This document shows positions 41,833 through 58,341 of a stretch of 64,000 nt of DNA, piece by piece. The notes beneath the pieces are model-generated. The model was not told the origin of the DNA and searched no databases. It worked only from the letters and a program-made list of their open reading frames with translations. A program made the position numbers and the translations under genes. Source of the DNA: the human T2T-CHM13v2.0 reference genome, Homo sapiens; the NCBI RefSeq assembly GCF_009914755.1, contig NC_060928.1; one strand, given 5' to 3'. How positions within the stretch are numbered: position 1 is the stretch's first letter; the number at the start of each line of letters is the position of its first letter.

Positions 41833-43510
41833 ATGCTAAGGACTTTACTTCTAATACTATGGAAAACACTGATAGTCCTTGGCATGAACATATGCAAAAT
41901 AAATGCATTTGATACTCCTGATTCACTACTCTTCAGAGGCAAGAAGTTTAGTGACTCTATACATAATACCTTCAACCATACATGGAGAACCAAGGAATAT
42001 AATGAGGTTGGTTGGTTGTTCCTAAGTTCGCTGGACAAAGTGTTGAAAGAAAATGATGAGCTCAGGGATTCTAACTCCTGGATCCAGAAGTGCATAGTGA
42101 GTCTCAAATCTTCTAAGATTGCCCTGAATATGTATTTTATTTCCTGTAGACAAAGGGCTGAAATTGTGGAAAATCAGACACAAACTCATAACATGTGAGT
42201 GGCTGACCTCCAATAAAAGGTGCACACTTAGCCTGGCAAGGTGTATACTGTAAAAGTGAGAGCATTGATTGGAAAAGAATGGGACCTGCAACTTGGAATG
42301 GGGGGATATGTGGGAGGACTCTGATGATGCTGGGGACATTGAGTTTTTAAACTCTGATAAGCCTTTTTTTTTTTTAACCACAGAAAACAGTCTTTCTATC
42401 CCTAGTGGTGGCAACATCCCCTTCCCCACCCATACTTTTATAAGCTTTCCACCTTTGCCTGGGGAGATTAAACATCCACTGCATGAGGCAACAGTGATGG
42501 GCTGCTCTGAGGCAGTTGCCAGGCAAGACAATGTTGATTCTCCTCTGGACCCACCCTCAACACCCCTTTTGCCTCTAGATCTATAACTAGACTCAATTCC
42601 TGGCAGGCCCCTAGAGGTGAGGTTCAGAGTGTACCCCACGAGGAGGTGCCTTATTCTCCAAAATAACTGCTTGAGTTTTCTAATTTATATAAGCAGAAAT
42701 CTGGAGAACAGGCATGGGAATGAATATTAAAGGTATGGGATGATGGTAGAGGGAACATAAAGTTGTATCAGGCTGAGTTTATTGATTTGGGTTCACTAAG
42801 CAGGGATTCTTCATTTAATGTTGCAACTCAGGGAGTGAAAAAAATGTTCTAAAACATTTTTTAGCTAAACATGGATCAAAAGATGGCCCACTATGAGTGA
42901 GCTGGAAATGCCTGGTCTCCCTTGGTTTAATGTAGAGGAAGGGATCCAAAGGCTTAGGGAGATGAGAATGCTAGAGTGGATTAGTCACTTTAAACCTACT
43001 CATCCAACTGGGAGGATCCAAAAGATATAAAGATATACCCTTTACCAATACCTCATTAAACAGATTTGTGAGGGGAGCAGCAGCATTCTTGAAGAGCTCT
43101 GTGATTGCTCTTCTCTATATGCTGGATCTTACAGTGGAAACTGTAGTCACTCAATTGGAAAACTTAAATTCAATGGGAATAATTGGATCTCAAGGTGGCA
43201 GGGGTCAAGTGGCAGCTTTCAACCATCAAAGGCAAGGTGGGTGTAGTTACTGTAAAGGACAGCAAAAGCAAAGCAGCAATCAGAAAAGTCTGAACTGTGT
43301 CAAGCTCTGGCATTGGCAAATATATCACAGTGTTCCTAGAAGTGGAATTAATAGAAAGACTAATATTTCCTTACTTAATTTGTAGAAGAAGAAAACTTCC
43401 TGATCAAGTGGAAAAAAACTAAACTGAATTATAAAAATTGAGAACCACAGTGCCTCAATCATTTTCCAGGCTTGAACCAGTTTACAGACCCAGAACCCGT
43501 TTGAATGAAA
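41833..43510 (+). pseudogene. gag: HERV-L gag, fragmented
   Basis: ORF pieces …TKEYNEVGWLFLSSLDK…, …WGDMWEDSDDAGDIE… and …MGIIGSQGGRGQVAAFNHQRQGG. Confidence 0.8.
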
Positions 43511-43639
43511 GAGAGGCTGTGCCCCCTTGAGGAAGGAACCCACTACACTACCAACAATTTATGCTGTTAATCCTTCTCCCATCCTTTCCCAAGGACACCA
43601 CTGGTCTTTTGCCAGAGTATCTATGCATTAGAGAAATGT

Positions 43640-46450
43640 GAATGATTAGACCTTTTGGGGACAACTGGACACTGGCTATAAGCTGATGTTGATTCCAGGG
43701 GACCCAAAACATCATTGTCGTCCTCCAGTTAAAGTAGGGGCTTATGAAGGTCAGGTAATTAATGGAGTTTTAGCTTAGGTTTTACTTAGAGTGGGTCCAG
43801 TGGGTTGCCTGTGGTCATTTCCCCAGTCCCAGACTGCATAATTGGCAAAGACCTACTTAGCACCTGGAAGAACCTCCACATTGGCTCCCTGGCTGGTAGG
43901 GTGAGGGCCTCTATTGTGGGAAAGGCCAAATGGAAGCCATTAAAGATGCCTCTATCTAGAAAAATAGTAAATCAAAACAATATTGCAGCCCTGGGAGTAT
44001 TGCAGAGATTAGTGCCACTATCAAGGCAGGGGTGGCGTGTCTCACTATACCCTGTTCAACTATCCTATTTGGCCTGTTCAGAAGACAGATGAATCTTGGA
44101 GAATGACAGTGGATTATCATAAGCTTAACCAAGTGGCAACTCCAATTGCAGCTACTGTACCAGATGTGGTTTTATTCCTTGAAAAAATTAAAATATCTTC
44201 TGGTACCTGGTATGCAGCCATTGATTTTGCAAACATCTTTTTTTTAAAAAAAAATTCATGTCCATATGTCCCACCAGAAGCAATTCGCCTTTAGCCTTCA
44301 AGGCCAGCAATATACCTTCACTGTCCCACCTCAGGGATATATCAATTATCTGGCTTTGTGTCATAATCTTTTTCAAAGGGATCTTGATTGCTTTTCCCTT
44401 CCACAAGATATCCCACTGATTCATTACATTGATGACATTATGCTGATTGGATCCAGTGAGTGAGAAGTAGCTAACACACTGTACTTACTGCTGAGACATT
44501 TATGTGCCAGGGGATGGGAAATAAATCTGACTAAAATACGGTGACCTTCTACCTCAATAAAATTTCTAGGGGTCCAATGGTGTGAAGCCTGTCGAGGTAT
44601 TTCTTCTAAGGTGAAGGATAAGTTGCTGCATTTGTCCCTTCCTACAACCAAGAAAGAGGTATAATGCCTAGTGTGCCTACTTAGATTTTGGGGGCAACAC
44701 ATTCCACATTTGGGTGTGTTCCTCCAGCCCACTTATTGAGTGACCTGAAATGCTGCCAGTTTTGAGTGGGGTCCACAAGAGGAGAAGGCTCTGCCATAGT
44801 TCCAAGCTGTTGTGCAAACTGCTCTTCCGCTTGGACCATATGACCCAGCAGATCCAATGGTGCTTGAAGTGGCACTGGCAGATAGGGCTGATGTTTGGAG
44901 CCTTTGGCAGGGCCCATAGATGAATCACAGCAGAGGCCTCTAGGATTTTGGAGCAAGAACCTGCCATCTTCTGGAGATAACTACTCTCCTTTTGTGAGAG
45001 AGCTGTTGCCTGTGCCTGGGCTTTGGTAGAAACTGAATGTTTGACTATGGGTCATCAAGTCACCAATTGAACTGAACTCTTTATCATTAACTGGGTGTCT
45101 TCTGACCCATCTAGCCCAAAAGAGGGGCATGTACAGCAGTATTCCGTAATCAAATAGAAGTGGTATATACATGATAGGGCTCAAGCAGTTCCTGGGCACA
45201 AGTAGTTTATGTGACAAAGTGGCTCCAATGCCATGGTCTCCACTCCTACCACCCTGCCTTCTCTCCCCCAGCCTGCACCGATAACCTCATGGGGAGTTCC
45301 TTATGATCAGTTGACAAGGGAAGAGAAGACTGGGGCCTGGTTTACAGATGGCTCTGCCTGACATGCAGGTACCACCCAAAAGCAGACAACTGCAGCACTA
45401 CAGCCCTTTTCTCGGACATCTCTGAAGGACAGTGGCAAAGGGAAATCTCCCCGGTGGGCAGAACTTCAATCAGTGCACCTCACTGTGAACTTTGCTTGGA
45501 AGGAGATATTGCTAGATGTGTGATTATGTACTAATTCATGGACTGTAGCCAATTGTTTGGCCAGATGGTTAGGGACTTGGAAGAAACATGATTGCAAAAT
45601 TGGTGACAAAAAGATTTGGGAAAGAGGTATGTGGATGGACCTCTCTGAGTGGTCAAAAACTGTGAAGATATTTGTATCTCATGTGAGTGCTCACCAAAGG
45701 GTGACATCAGCAGAGCATGATTTTAATAATTAAGTGGATAGAATGACTCGTTCTGTAGACACCACTCAGCCTCTTTCCACAGCAACCCCTGTCATTGTCC
45801 AATGGGCCCATGAACAAAGTGGACATGGTGGCAGGGATGGAGGTTATGCATGGGCTCAGAAACGTGGACTTCCACTCACCAAGGCTGACCAGGCTACAGC
45901 CACTGCTGAGGGACCAATCTGCAAGTAGCAGAGACCCAGACTGAACACTTGATATGGCACCATTCCTTGGGATGATCAACCAACTACTTGATGGTAGGTT
46001 GATTATATCAGACCTCTTCCATCATGGAAAGGGCAGTGGTTTTTCTTCACTGGAATAGACATTTACTCCGGATATGAGTTTGCCTATCTGGCATGCAATG
46101 CTTCTGCCAAGACTACCATCCACGGACTCATGGAATTCCTCATCCACCATCACAGTAAACCACATAGCATTGCCTCTGACCAAGGCACTCATTTTACGGC
46201 TATAGGAGTGTAGCAATGTGCTCACCCTCATGGAATTCACTGGTCTTACCATGTTTCCCATCATTCTGAAGAAGCTTCATTGATAGAATGGTGGAATAGC
46301 CTTTTGAAGTCACAATTACAATGCCAACTAGGTGACAATACTTTGTAGGGCTAGGACAAAGTTCTCCAGAAGGCTATGTATGCTCTGAATCAGCATCCAA
46401 TATATGTTACTGTTTCTCCCACTGCCAGGATTCACTGGTCCAGAAACTAA
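43640..46450 (+). pseudogene. pol: HERV-L pro-pol (protease, RT, RNase H, integrase), fragmented
   Basis: [26 protein letters not shown] and [10 protein letters not shown] (RT); ttt aca gat ggc tct (FTDGS, RNase H); WAHEQSGHGG (integrase zinc finger). Confidence 0.88.
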
Positions 46451-46479
46451 GGGGTGGAAGTGGAAGTAGCACCACTATC

Positions 46480-46981
46480 ACCCCTAGTGACCAACTTACA
46501 AAATTTTTGCTTCCTGTCCCCATGACATTATATCCTGTTGGCCTAGACTTCTTAGTTCCAGAGGGAGGAATGCTGCCACTAGAAGGCAAAACATAATTCT
46601 GTTAAACTGGAAGTTAAGACCACCACGTGGCCACTTTTGGCTTCTCCTACCTCAAGTGAACAGACAAAGAAGGGAATTACAGTGTTGGCTGGGGTGATTG
46701 ACCTGGACTATCAAGATGAAATCAGTCTACTACTCCGCAACCGAGGTAAGGAAAAATATGTATGGAATACAGAAGATTCATTAGGGTGTCCCTTAGTATT
46801 ACCATGCCCTGTGATTAAGGTCAATGAGAAACTACAACAACCTAATCCACGTAGGACTACAAATGACCAAGACCATTCAGCAATGAAGGTTTGGGTTACT
46901 CCACCTGGTAAAAAAACCCATGACCTGCTAAGGTGCTTGCTGAAGCAAAGGGAATACAGAATGGGTAATAAAAGAAGGTAG
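46480..46981 (+). pseudogene. dut: HERV-L dUTPase remnant downstream of integrase
   Basis: KKGITVLAGVIDLDYQDEISLLL matches dUTPase motif 3 (GVIDxDYxGEI). Confidence 0.75.
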
Positions 46982-47187
46982 CCATCAATACCAGCTACGA
47001 CCATGTGACCAGTTGCTGAAATGAAGAACTGTAATTATTCATTAGTATTTTCTCCTTATTTTGTTAAGAACATGTTTGTGCATGTACACACTTGTATTAA
47101 AAATATCTTCATTTTATTTCCTTTATTTTTTCTCTATCACATGACACACGAGTTATTGACTTCATATCAGCATTTAAGTGTTGTTAA

Positions 47188-49306
<2,119 letters not shown>

Positions 49307-51966
49307 TTAAGAATGAGTGTGCTTCCAACAGTGTAAAGGATAAGTGTTTTAGATTAGGTGTATTTATTACCTTATCATTTTCTTTTTTTGAAGATTATGT
49401 ATAATTTCAGGAGATGTGTATGGGTTCAAGTTGACAATGTGTGGACTTGTGATTGCTAATACTGAGAGTCAACTTGATTGGACTGAAGGATGCAAATTAT
49501 TGTTTCTGGGTGTGTCTGTGAGGGTGTTGGCAAAATAAATTAACATTTGAGTCAGTGGCCTGGGAGAGGCAGACCCACTCTCAATCTGGGTAGGAACCAT
49601 CTAATCAGCTGCCAACAATCCCTACTAAAATAAAGCAGGGAGAAGAAAATGGAAAGAGCAGACTTGCTCAGTCTTCCATTCATTTTTCTTGTGTGCTGGA
49701 TGCTTCCTGCCCTCAAACATTGGACTCTAAGTTCTTCAGCTTTTGGACTCTTGGACTTACACCAGTGGTTTGTCAGGGCTTCCAGGCCTTCAGCCACAGA
49801 CTGAAGACTGTACTGTGGGCTTCCCTTCTTTGGAGGTTTTTGGTATAAACTGGCTGTCTTTCTCTTCAGCTTACAGTTTACCTATTGGGACTTCAGCTTG
49901 TGATTGTGTGAGTGAATGCTCCTTAATCAACTCCCCTTTATATATACATCTATCTTATTAGTTCTGTCCAACTAAAGAACGTTGACTAATACAGAGGTTA
50001 TGTATGCCTGGACCAAATATGATTATTATATATAAAGGAGTTAAAAGGACAAAATCTAGTTTCAAAGATAAGAGAAATAAGAAGTAAAATAAACTAATCA
50101 TTCTGAAAACAATGTTGTAGCCAGAGTTGTTTCACCCTGGTAAAATAAATTAAATCTTGTATGTGGGAAGGCAGTTAACCTTTAAGAAAGATATAGCTGT
50201 TTAGGGAATAGACAATCCCATGGACATTCCAGAATAAGGGGTCCTTTGCAAAGTCTCCATATGGGGAGAAACAGAACAAAGGTGAAAACAGCAAGCAAAG
50301 ATGAGACTATAAATAGGATATCCAGGGAAGGTTGATAATTGACTCTTTTGTCATTTTTAGCTTGAAGTCTCCAATGTTTTCACACCGGTAATTTGGGTGC
50401 TTCTCTGGGTCAACAGAGGTAATTCCGTTAGTTTCCTAGTACTTTACTTGAGTATAATTAATCAAAGAATCTATTCTAGTGATCTTCACTGCCTAAGGAG
50501 TAGAAAGATGTACGGTGTAATGTCCCTCCCAATCTGAGTCTAGAGAGGGAGAAAGAAAAAAAAAAGAAGAAAAAAAAACAACAAAAAAAAGTAGTACTGC
50601 CTTTACCAGTACTAAGTTTCATGGTTTGAATAGAGGTGTCCTAGTTCAAAGGGTTGGGCCTCTGACAGTTGCTCCAGTTCTTGTTGGAAATGGGTCAAAT
50701 AAGTTACATGTTTAATCAAATCTGAGGTTTCTTGGTATAGCAATAAATCATTGGTGAGAAAAGGCAATCAATCCATTATTTCAAAGGGGCTTGCTTAAAC
50801 CCAGCTTTGAAGGGGTGTTTCTATCACGTCATAAGGCTATGGAAAGAAGAGTAATCTATGGAGATGAGTCTTTTGAGAGTTTTTTGAGGTGCATTTTGAT
50901 AATATCCTGTCTTTTCTACCTTTCCTGAGGATTGTGGCCTCCAAGTTCAATGAAGATGGTATGGTATGCCCAGTGCTTTTGAGACCCTCTGAGTGACAGC
51001 TACCTTGAATGAGGGGCCATTACTACTTGGGAGGTACTTAGGGAGTCCAAAGCAAGGAATTATCCCATTAAATAGTGCTTTATCTTCTCAGAGGCTCCCT
51101 CTGCCCAAGATGGAAATGATTCTATCCAGTTAGTGAAGGTATTTATCCATAGTAGGAGGTAATGGACGTCCCTTGTCTTTGGCATATGGGTGAAATTCAT
51201 CTCATAGTCTTCCCCCAAGTAGCCTCCCATTCATTGTGTTCCAGGGAGGAGAAGCTGTCACTTGAGGGGATTATTTAATGACCTGTTTGACCATATTTAG
51301 CGGATTTTTACCTTAGAGCAAACATTGAACCAATTGATAGGTTATATAATTACCTAGGTGGAAGTTTGGTGAAGGATTTTAAGAACTTTCCATTGGCTGG
51401 AAGCTGTTAGATGAAGTTTGCCATCCTTTGATTGCAGCCATCCTGAGAGTTGAAAGGTGTATCCCTGAGAGGCAGCCAATTCTATTTCCACAGGAGAATA
51501 TTGGGGTTTTATTTCTTTTACAGAGCACTACAAGATTAGAGGGGCCTCACGTGGATCAGAAATCTGGGATCCTATCACAGCCTATTTAGCTGCTTGTTTT
51601 GCTAACTTATTTCCCTCAGCTATTTTATCTGTCCCCTTTTGGTGGCCCTTACAATGCATTACTGCCACCTCCAGGGGAAGGAAAACCAAGGATAATAGTC
51701 TGTTAATTTCCTGAAGGTATTTAATGGGAGACCCATTAGCTGTGAGGAAGTTACTCTCCAGATATTGGCATGGACATGGAGGAATAGGAAAGCATACTTA
51801 GAATCAGTATAAATGTTAACTGCTTCCCCTTTACTTAATTCAAGTGCCCTCATGAGGGCAGTTAGCTCAGATAGTTGAGCACTTGTGCTCAAGAAGAGAG
51901 GCATGCCTTTAGTAGTGTCATTCAGGAGCATTACTGGAAACCCTGCTTTATGGACCCCTTGTTCTC

Positions 51967-52012
51967 TTGAAAGTATGGCAAAAAACACAATTACTTTTGC
52001 ACCAAACTAATA
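51967..52012. mobile_element. MADE1 half element inside ERV1 pol
   Basis: ttgaaagtatggcaaaaaacacaattacttttgcaccaaactaata. Confidence 0.8.
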
Positions 52013-53500
52013 CAAATGAACTTCCATTCATAAAGGGAGTCTAGTCTGGGTTCTCTAAGTGGGTTTCTTTTAGGTCTTCTCTGGCCACACTGGTTTGCAC
52101 TACTCTCTGTTTGCAATCATGTTCAAGCTCTCCAGCTTTCTCTGGGTGAAAGGTGGCTGGGTTTAGGGAGAGACAAGTTCTTCACTGGACTGTAGATCTC
52201 TCCAATAGCAAAGCTTGATATTTGAGCAGGTAGTTATTCGTTAGCCAGAGACTCCCTTTAAAAGATGGCAGTCCTACTACCTTATGTGGGGTATAAACGG
52301 TTAAGTTATTCCTCATGGCTAATTTAGTAATCTGTTACCAACAAGGCTACTGCTGCAACTGCCTGGAGATAGGCCAGCCATCTATTAGCTACCAAATCAG
52401 ACTCCTTGCTTAGATAGCCTACAGGATGCTGAGCTGGGCCTTGAGCCTGGGTTAGAACTCCCAGGGCCATTCCCTTTCTTTCTGACACCTAAACATTGAA
52501 TGTCTTCTCTATGGGAAGACTAAGGGTTGGTGCCTCAAACATGGCTTGTTTCAATTAGTCAAAGACCCATTTAGCCTCTGATTTCCAAATTAGGAAGTGA
52601 GTCTTAGCTGCCTGAGTTTTCTTTATTAGGTGATATAAGGGACAAGCTATCTCACTGTACCCAGGTATCCATAATCTGCAGAATCCTGTAATGCCCAAGA
52701 ATGCTCTCAGCTGTTTGAGGGTTTTGAGAGACAAAAGGAGGAGATAGGCTTAATCCTTTCTTCACCTAGTACCCTGGTCCTCTCTGTAAAGACTAGACAT
52801 AGGCACTTCAATGAATTCTGACAGAGCCGAGTCTTAGATTTTAAGACCTTATATCATCTGTTAGCCAGAAAATTAAGAAGAGCCTTACTGTCTTCCTCAG
52901 GGGAGATTTCCTCAGTTGGGGCACAGAGGAGAATGTCATATACACATCTTAAAACTTTAACCTGAGGATAGAGAAACTCAGAGAGATCTTTCAATAATGC
53001 CTGCCCAAACAGGTGGGGGCTGTCTTGGAATCCCTGAAGTAACACCATGCAGGTTAGCCAGGTGGTCTGGTTGGAAGGATCCTTGAACACAAACAAATAT
53101 TGGGAGTTCGGGTACAGTGATATGCAGAAAAAGGCATCCTTTAAGTCCAGGACTGTGAACCATTTAGTTCCTCAGGTATTTGAATTAGCAGGGTATAAGA
53201 ATTGGGAACCACCAGATGAATTGGAACCACAGCTTCATTAGTGAGGCAGAAGTTCTGTACTAGACTCCATTACCCATTGGGTTTTTATACTCCCAATACC
53301 ACGATATTACAAATGCTGTTGCAGGGTTTGAGGATGCCCTGGATTTTCAAGTTATCTTAAAGATGGCTTCTAGGCCCTTTCTAACTTCTATCTTTAGAGG
53401 ATATTGTCTCTGGTAAGGGAAGAAGGTGGGATCTCTAAGATGGATCTGGAGCAGTATGGTGGTTGTAGCTGAGCCAATTTTCCTTTGAGTTGCCCAAACT

Positions 53501-53831
<331 letters not shown>

Positions 53832-54199
53832 CAAACTTCTTGATTGATATCTGTCTTCACCAGTGGGAGACAGAGTCTGTCTTGGAGTCAAAAGGATAGT
53901 GGTTCACCATATGAGCTGAGAGATCCATGTTCAACAGAGTAGTTGGGCTTTCAGGCAAGATTAAAAAGGCATGGATAAACAAGAGGTCTCCTCAACTACA
54001 ACTAAGGAGTTGGAGAAGATACTGGGTTAAAGGCTTTTCTGAGATGTCTCTTATGGTCATGGTAAGACAGCAGGGGAGGCCTCGAATGAAAAGGAGAACA
54101 GAAATTGCTGCTCCAGTGTCCAGGAAGAGGTCCACTTTCCTCCTTTAAATTTCAGAATCACCCAGGGCTCCTGGATTGTAATGGTGGTCTGAACCATCA

Positions 54200-55580
54200 A
54201 AGCTAAGGAGAGGAACCCTAGGACCTGTCAGTCCTGCTAGACCACTTGGGATACTGGCTCTGGACCTAGTGACCTGTGTCTCCAGGGACAGTCCATCCTC
54301 TGGTGGTCCCCATGGCAGATTGGACAGGGTAGAGGTGGCTTCCTCATGCTGCCTGAGCAGTCCTTCTTAAAGTGTTCTGGCTTGCCATATTTTTAACAGT
54401 TAACAGGTGTATCTTGGGTATTCTAGGGTTTGAGAGTCTGCAAAGCAGCCATTACAGCCTCTGCCTTTTTCTTGTGTCTCCTTTCTCTCTCTCTCAGGCT
54501 TCCTCATGATCCCTATTGTAAAAGACCAAGGTGGCCACTTTCAGGAGGTTCTCCAAAGTACTGTCTGGTACCATGGGCTGTTTCTGCAGCTTCTTCTTGA
54601 TATCAGGGGCTGCCTGAGTAACAAACTTATCCTTTAGCATTAGTTGTCCTTTGACTGAATCAGGAGATAGAGACGTGTGCTTCACCAGGGCCTATCTTAG
54701 CCTTTCTAGGAAGGAAGTGTGATTCTCATCTGATTTTTGGTCTATTATAAATAGCTCAGAGTAATTGAGAGGCTTCGTTCTAGTACTTTGTAAGCCCTCC
54801 AAAATGCACAGCTGAAAGTACTTCCTCCTCTATTCTCCCATTTTATCATTGAGGTCCCATTTAGGGTTCTCCAAGGTTCTGCTATTCTTCTGACTGGATA
54901 AGGCTCATTCTACTCAGTGATAGGGTTTGATTCAAAACTAACATAACATTCTTCCAGGATAGTTCAAATACTTGGATTAAATTCTGGGAAGCCTGTATTA
55001 AGTCCTGTAGAAAAAAGGGTACCTGGACCTTCGTGGGGCCATATTCACAAGGAATCTCTTATAGAGGCAAGACTGAGGCTGCAACCTGCTTAAAATGAGG
55101 ATTTCTAGGGTGGGACAGGCTTGAGAGGAAATCTGAATAGAGAGTATGGGGTGCACCAAGAGGAGCAAGACTGGAGGGAGCTGACTCCCCCACTTGAGGC
55201 AACTCTGGGGTTTGCTTCCCTAGTCCCTTGGGAGTGCTCTTTGCAGCCTCTCCTGAGATGGCCACTAGGAGGACAGAATTCATACTACAACATTGGCAGA
55301 GGTCCAGATTATCCTACAAGGCAAAGAAAGCCTGCACATATAGGACCTCAAACAATTTGCCCTTGCATTTACAGAAGAGTTCCAGCTGCAGTATAGTTTC
55401 AAAATCAATGGTTTCCTCCTGAGGCCAAGCTTGTCCTACCTGCAATTTATAATCCAGACAAATCCCTGTGCAAATAAATATGAGGCACTTTTTTTTCTAC
55501 AGCGTCTGAGAGTCAAAGGAGGCCCAGTGATTCAGGATACACTCAAAAGGAATGCAGGCTGAAGAGGATTTGTTACCTAC
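54200..55580 (-). pseudogene. gag: ERV1 gag remnant
   Basis: KHTSLSPDSVKGQLMLKDKFVTQAAPDIKKKLQK…LLKVATLVFYNRDHEE (gammaretroviral capsid C-terminus); CCHC-like sequence at ~54355-54400. Confidence 0.82.
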
Positions 55581-56450
55581 ATGAAAGAGAAAAAGAAATG
55601 CATCCCTTAGTTTCTTTCTCTCTTCCAGCTAAAACCCAGGATATGTTAGAGAAAGAAAGAAATGTGTCCCATTCTTTCTTTCCTCCTTTCCTTCCTAAGT
55701 CCTAATGGCTACTATAGGTACCATCCATGGATGTGAGTGCAACCTCCACCCATGAAACAGAAAGGCCTTTTCAGTAGAAATAATAGCACTTACCTATGCT
55801 ATGCACTGGTCTTTCACCATCAGTAAGCTTTGGGTTCCCTAGACCTTATCCATGCCATGGATGTAAGCAAGTTATTCATCCATGAAGCAGAAAGGTCTAG
55901 TCAGCAGGGAGATTCTTGCTTACCGGTGCTGTGGCCTAGCCCTTTGCTGTCAACTGTCTCTGGGTCCCTCAGATCTAGCATTCTTTTAGAGCTTCAAACT
56001 GAAGTTTGGAAAATACATTGGAGTATTTGGAAGATACATTGGAGTAAAGTGAAAGTATGGAAACAGATTCTCCTCAAACAAGAGAAAGAAAGGAAGTCTC
56101 AGAAACTGGGGACCTGGCCTAATAAGATGTCTTCCAAGAGGCAAAAAATAATCCCTTGCTTAGAAAAGTTCCCTGTATTCATGGGAGTATGTTGACTCTT
56201 TTCATGGTGGGGGGTGGGCAACAAACCTAAATGCAAGGGAGGAAAGGTGCTTGGGGGAAGTAGCCTCTTGCCCTATGCTAATGAACTTCTTCAACAGGGG
56301 AATGAAGACTCACAATCATAATATCCTCCTTGCTTCTAAGAATAGACAGAAACCACATTGTTCTGAATTACACTCCTGATGACTGAGCCAAGTGCACTTT
56401 CTACCCAGTTATATTATCTCTGTGGTTTGCAACAACACCCTTAACATCTC

Positions 56451-56457
<7 letters not shown>

Positions 56458-56509
<52 letters not shown>
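56458..56509. repeat. (TG)n microsatellite at the MER9 junction
   Basis: Seen directly in the sequence. Confidence 0.95.
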
Positions 56510-56511
<2 letters not shown>

Positions 56512-56954
56512 GGGAATAGGCCCCAAAATCTGGCCATAAACAAAATCTCTGTAGTACTCTGACATGCTCATGATGGCCTTGATGTCCAGCTGGAAGGTTG
56601 TCGGTTTACCGGAATGAGGGCAAGGAACACCTGACCCACCCAGGGCGGAAAACCACTTAAGGCATTCTTAAACCACAAACAATAGCATGAGTGATCTGTG
56701 CCTTAAGGACATGTTCATGCTGCAGATAACTAGCCAGGGCCCATCCCTTTATTTCTCGTAAGGAATACTTTTAGTAAATCTTAAGACTGGCTTGCTGTGA
56801 ATAAATATGTGGGTAAATCTCTGTTCAAGGCTCTCAGATCTGAAGGCTGTGAGACCCCTGATTTCCCACTCTACACTCTATATTTCTGTGTGTGTGTCTT
56901 TAATTCCTCTAGTGTCGCTGGGTTAGGGTCTCCATGACAGAGCTGGCCTTGGCA
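56508..56954 (+). mobile_element. MER9 solo LTR (HERV-K9/HML-3)
   Basis: tgttgggaataggccccaaaatctggccataaac…ggttagggtctcc…ggca; 6-bp TSD tatatg. Confidence 0.9.
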
Positions 56955-57319
56955 TATATGAGCCATGACAGCCACGAAAGAAAAAAGTAAATGAGACAGA
57001 AAATGCTGGAGGTCCTAGTGCTGACACCCTAATGGGCTGTTGGGGACTGGCGTCAGTCAAGTGGCCTTTGGATAAGACCAATGTGCAGCCTCAGCCAGAG
57101 ACCCTCAACTGCCCCAGGACCTCCTTCCAATCCCATGTTATGGTTAGACCTTCATGAAAATAAACTGGATTGGAAAAAAGCCAACATTCTCAACAAGTGA
57201 GTGTGATGGGGAATTGACAAAGTCCTCCTCAGCAATTATGTTCTCTGCAGTCATGCTATCCAAGTCTTGGGTCAGCACTTACTTACCCTTCTGACAATTC
57301 TTGATGAATGACCCCAAAA

Positions 57320-58228
57320 TGTTGCAGCTTTTGTAGTTCAGTGAGCTGGAAGAAATAGCTCCCAGTGACTTTTTCTCCCCTATTGCTGGATGAGCAGGAG
57401 GGAGAGTTACAGTGTTTCAGGATTCTTTCAGTGCTGCTTCCACAGCTGGAAATCTCTGCAGCCACCCTGACCTCTACCCAGGACCTTGCTCAGGCCTACC
57501 AGGCTTGCTCCAACAACTCAGCCTGCCAGGCTGCACTTAGCTTGCACTGCTGGGACAGATCTTGTGCCTGCCACAGCTGCACATTTAGCCTGCAGCTGGA
57601 CTGGGTGTGCCACAAGCAGCTTCCACTTTGTGTGCTGGCATCTAGATGAGGTGCATGCAGTGGTGCCTGAAAACTTAGAGATGTCAACAACTGTGGGGCC
57701 CCAAGGGGTGTTACAGCTTTTGCCTGGGGAGTCCCAAGGTCTCAGTCCCCAGGAAATGTTACAGCTCTCTCTCTTATTTTTGCTGCCCACAGCTCAGTGA
57801 ACAGGGGCAGGTCAAAGCTCATTTGTTTCTGCCACATGCAGCTCAGTGAGTTCTGGGTTCTTGTACCAAAGGAATAAAGGATGTGGACACAGGAGATTAA
57901 GTAGGGCAGAGAATAATTTTATTGAGTGAAGTGAAGCTCTCAGCAGAGAGGGGAACTGAAAGTGGGTAGCTGCCTGTGTGACTCAGTCTGGGGTTTTTAT
58001 GGGCTCAGAATGAGGGAGTGTGTGCTGATTGGCCCATGGGTGGTCTTGGAAAAAGCACCATTCAATTGTTTAAGAGGCATCGAGGAAGTTCTCACTTGGG
58101 CCACAAACTGCATCTGGAAGCAGATGCAGCTTGGTTTTCAGGCTTCAGGCTGTCTTTGGCTTGAAGATCAGGTTTCACTGGGGACCCATCCCTGTCTGCT
58201 TAGGAGTTTGTCTGTTTTTTGTTGCTAA
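57320..58228 (-). mobile_element. 5' LTR of the ERV1 provirus
   Basis: Homologous to 39945-40884; on the minus strand it is followed by ttttggggtcattcatc (PBS-like) and agggtaagt (splice-donor-like). Confidence 0.85.
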
Positions 58229-58294
58229 AAGTGATCTGCCCACCTCAGCCTCCCAAAGTGCTGGGATTACAGGAATGAGCCACTGTGCCTGGCC
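58229..58294 (-). mobile_element. 5' portion of the split Alu
   Basis: aagtgatctgcccacctcagcctcccaaagtgctgggattacagg…cctggcc. Confidence 0.92.
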
Positions 58295-58341
58295 ACTCAT
58301 TTCTTTTTTAGTGCCGAAGAATTCCATTGTCTAGAAGTATT

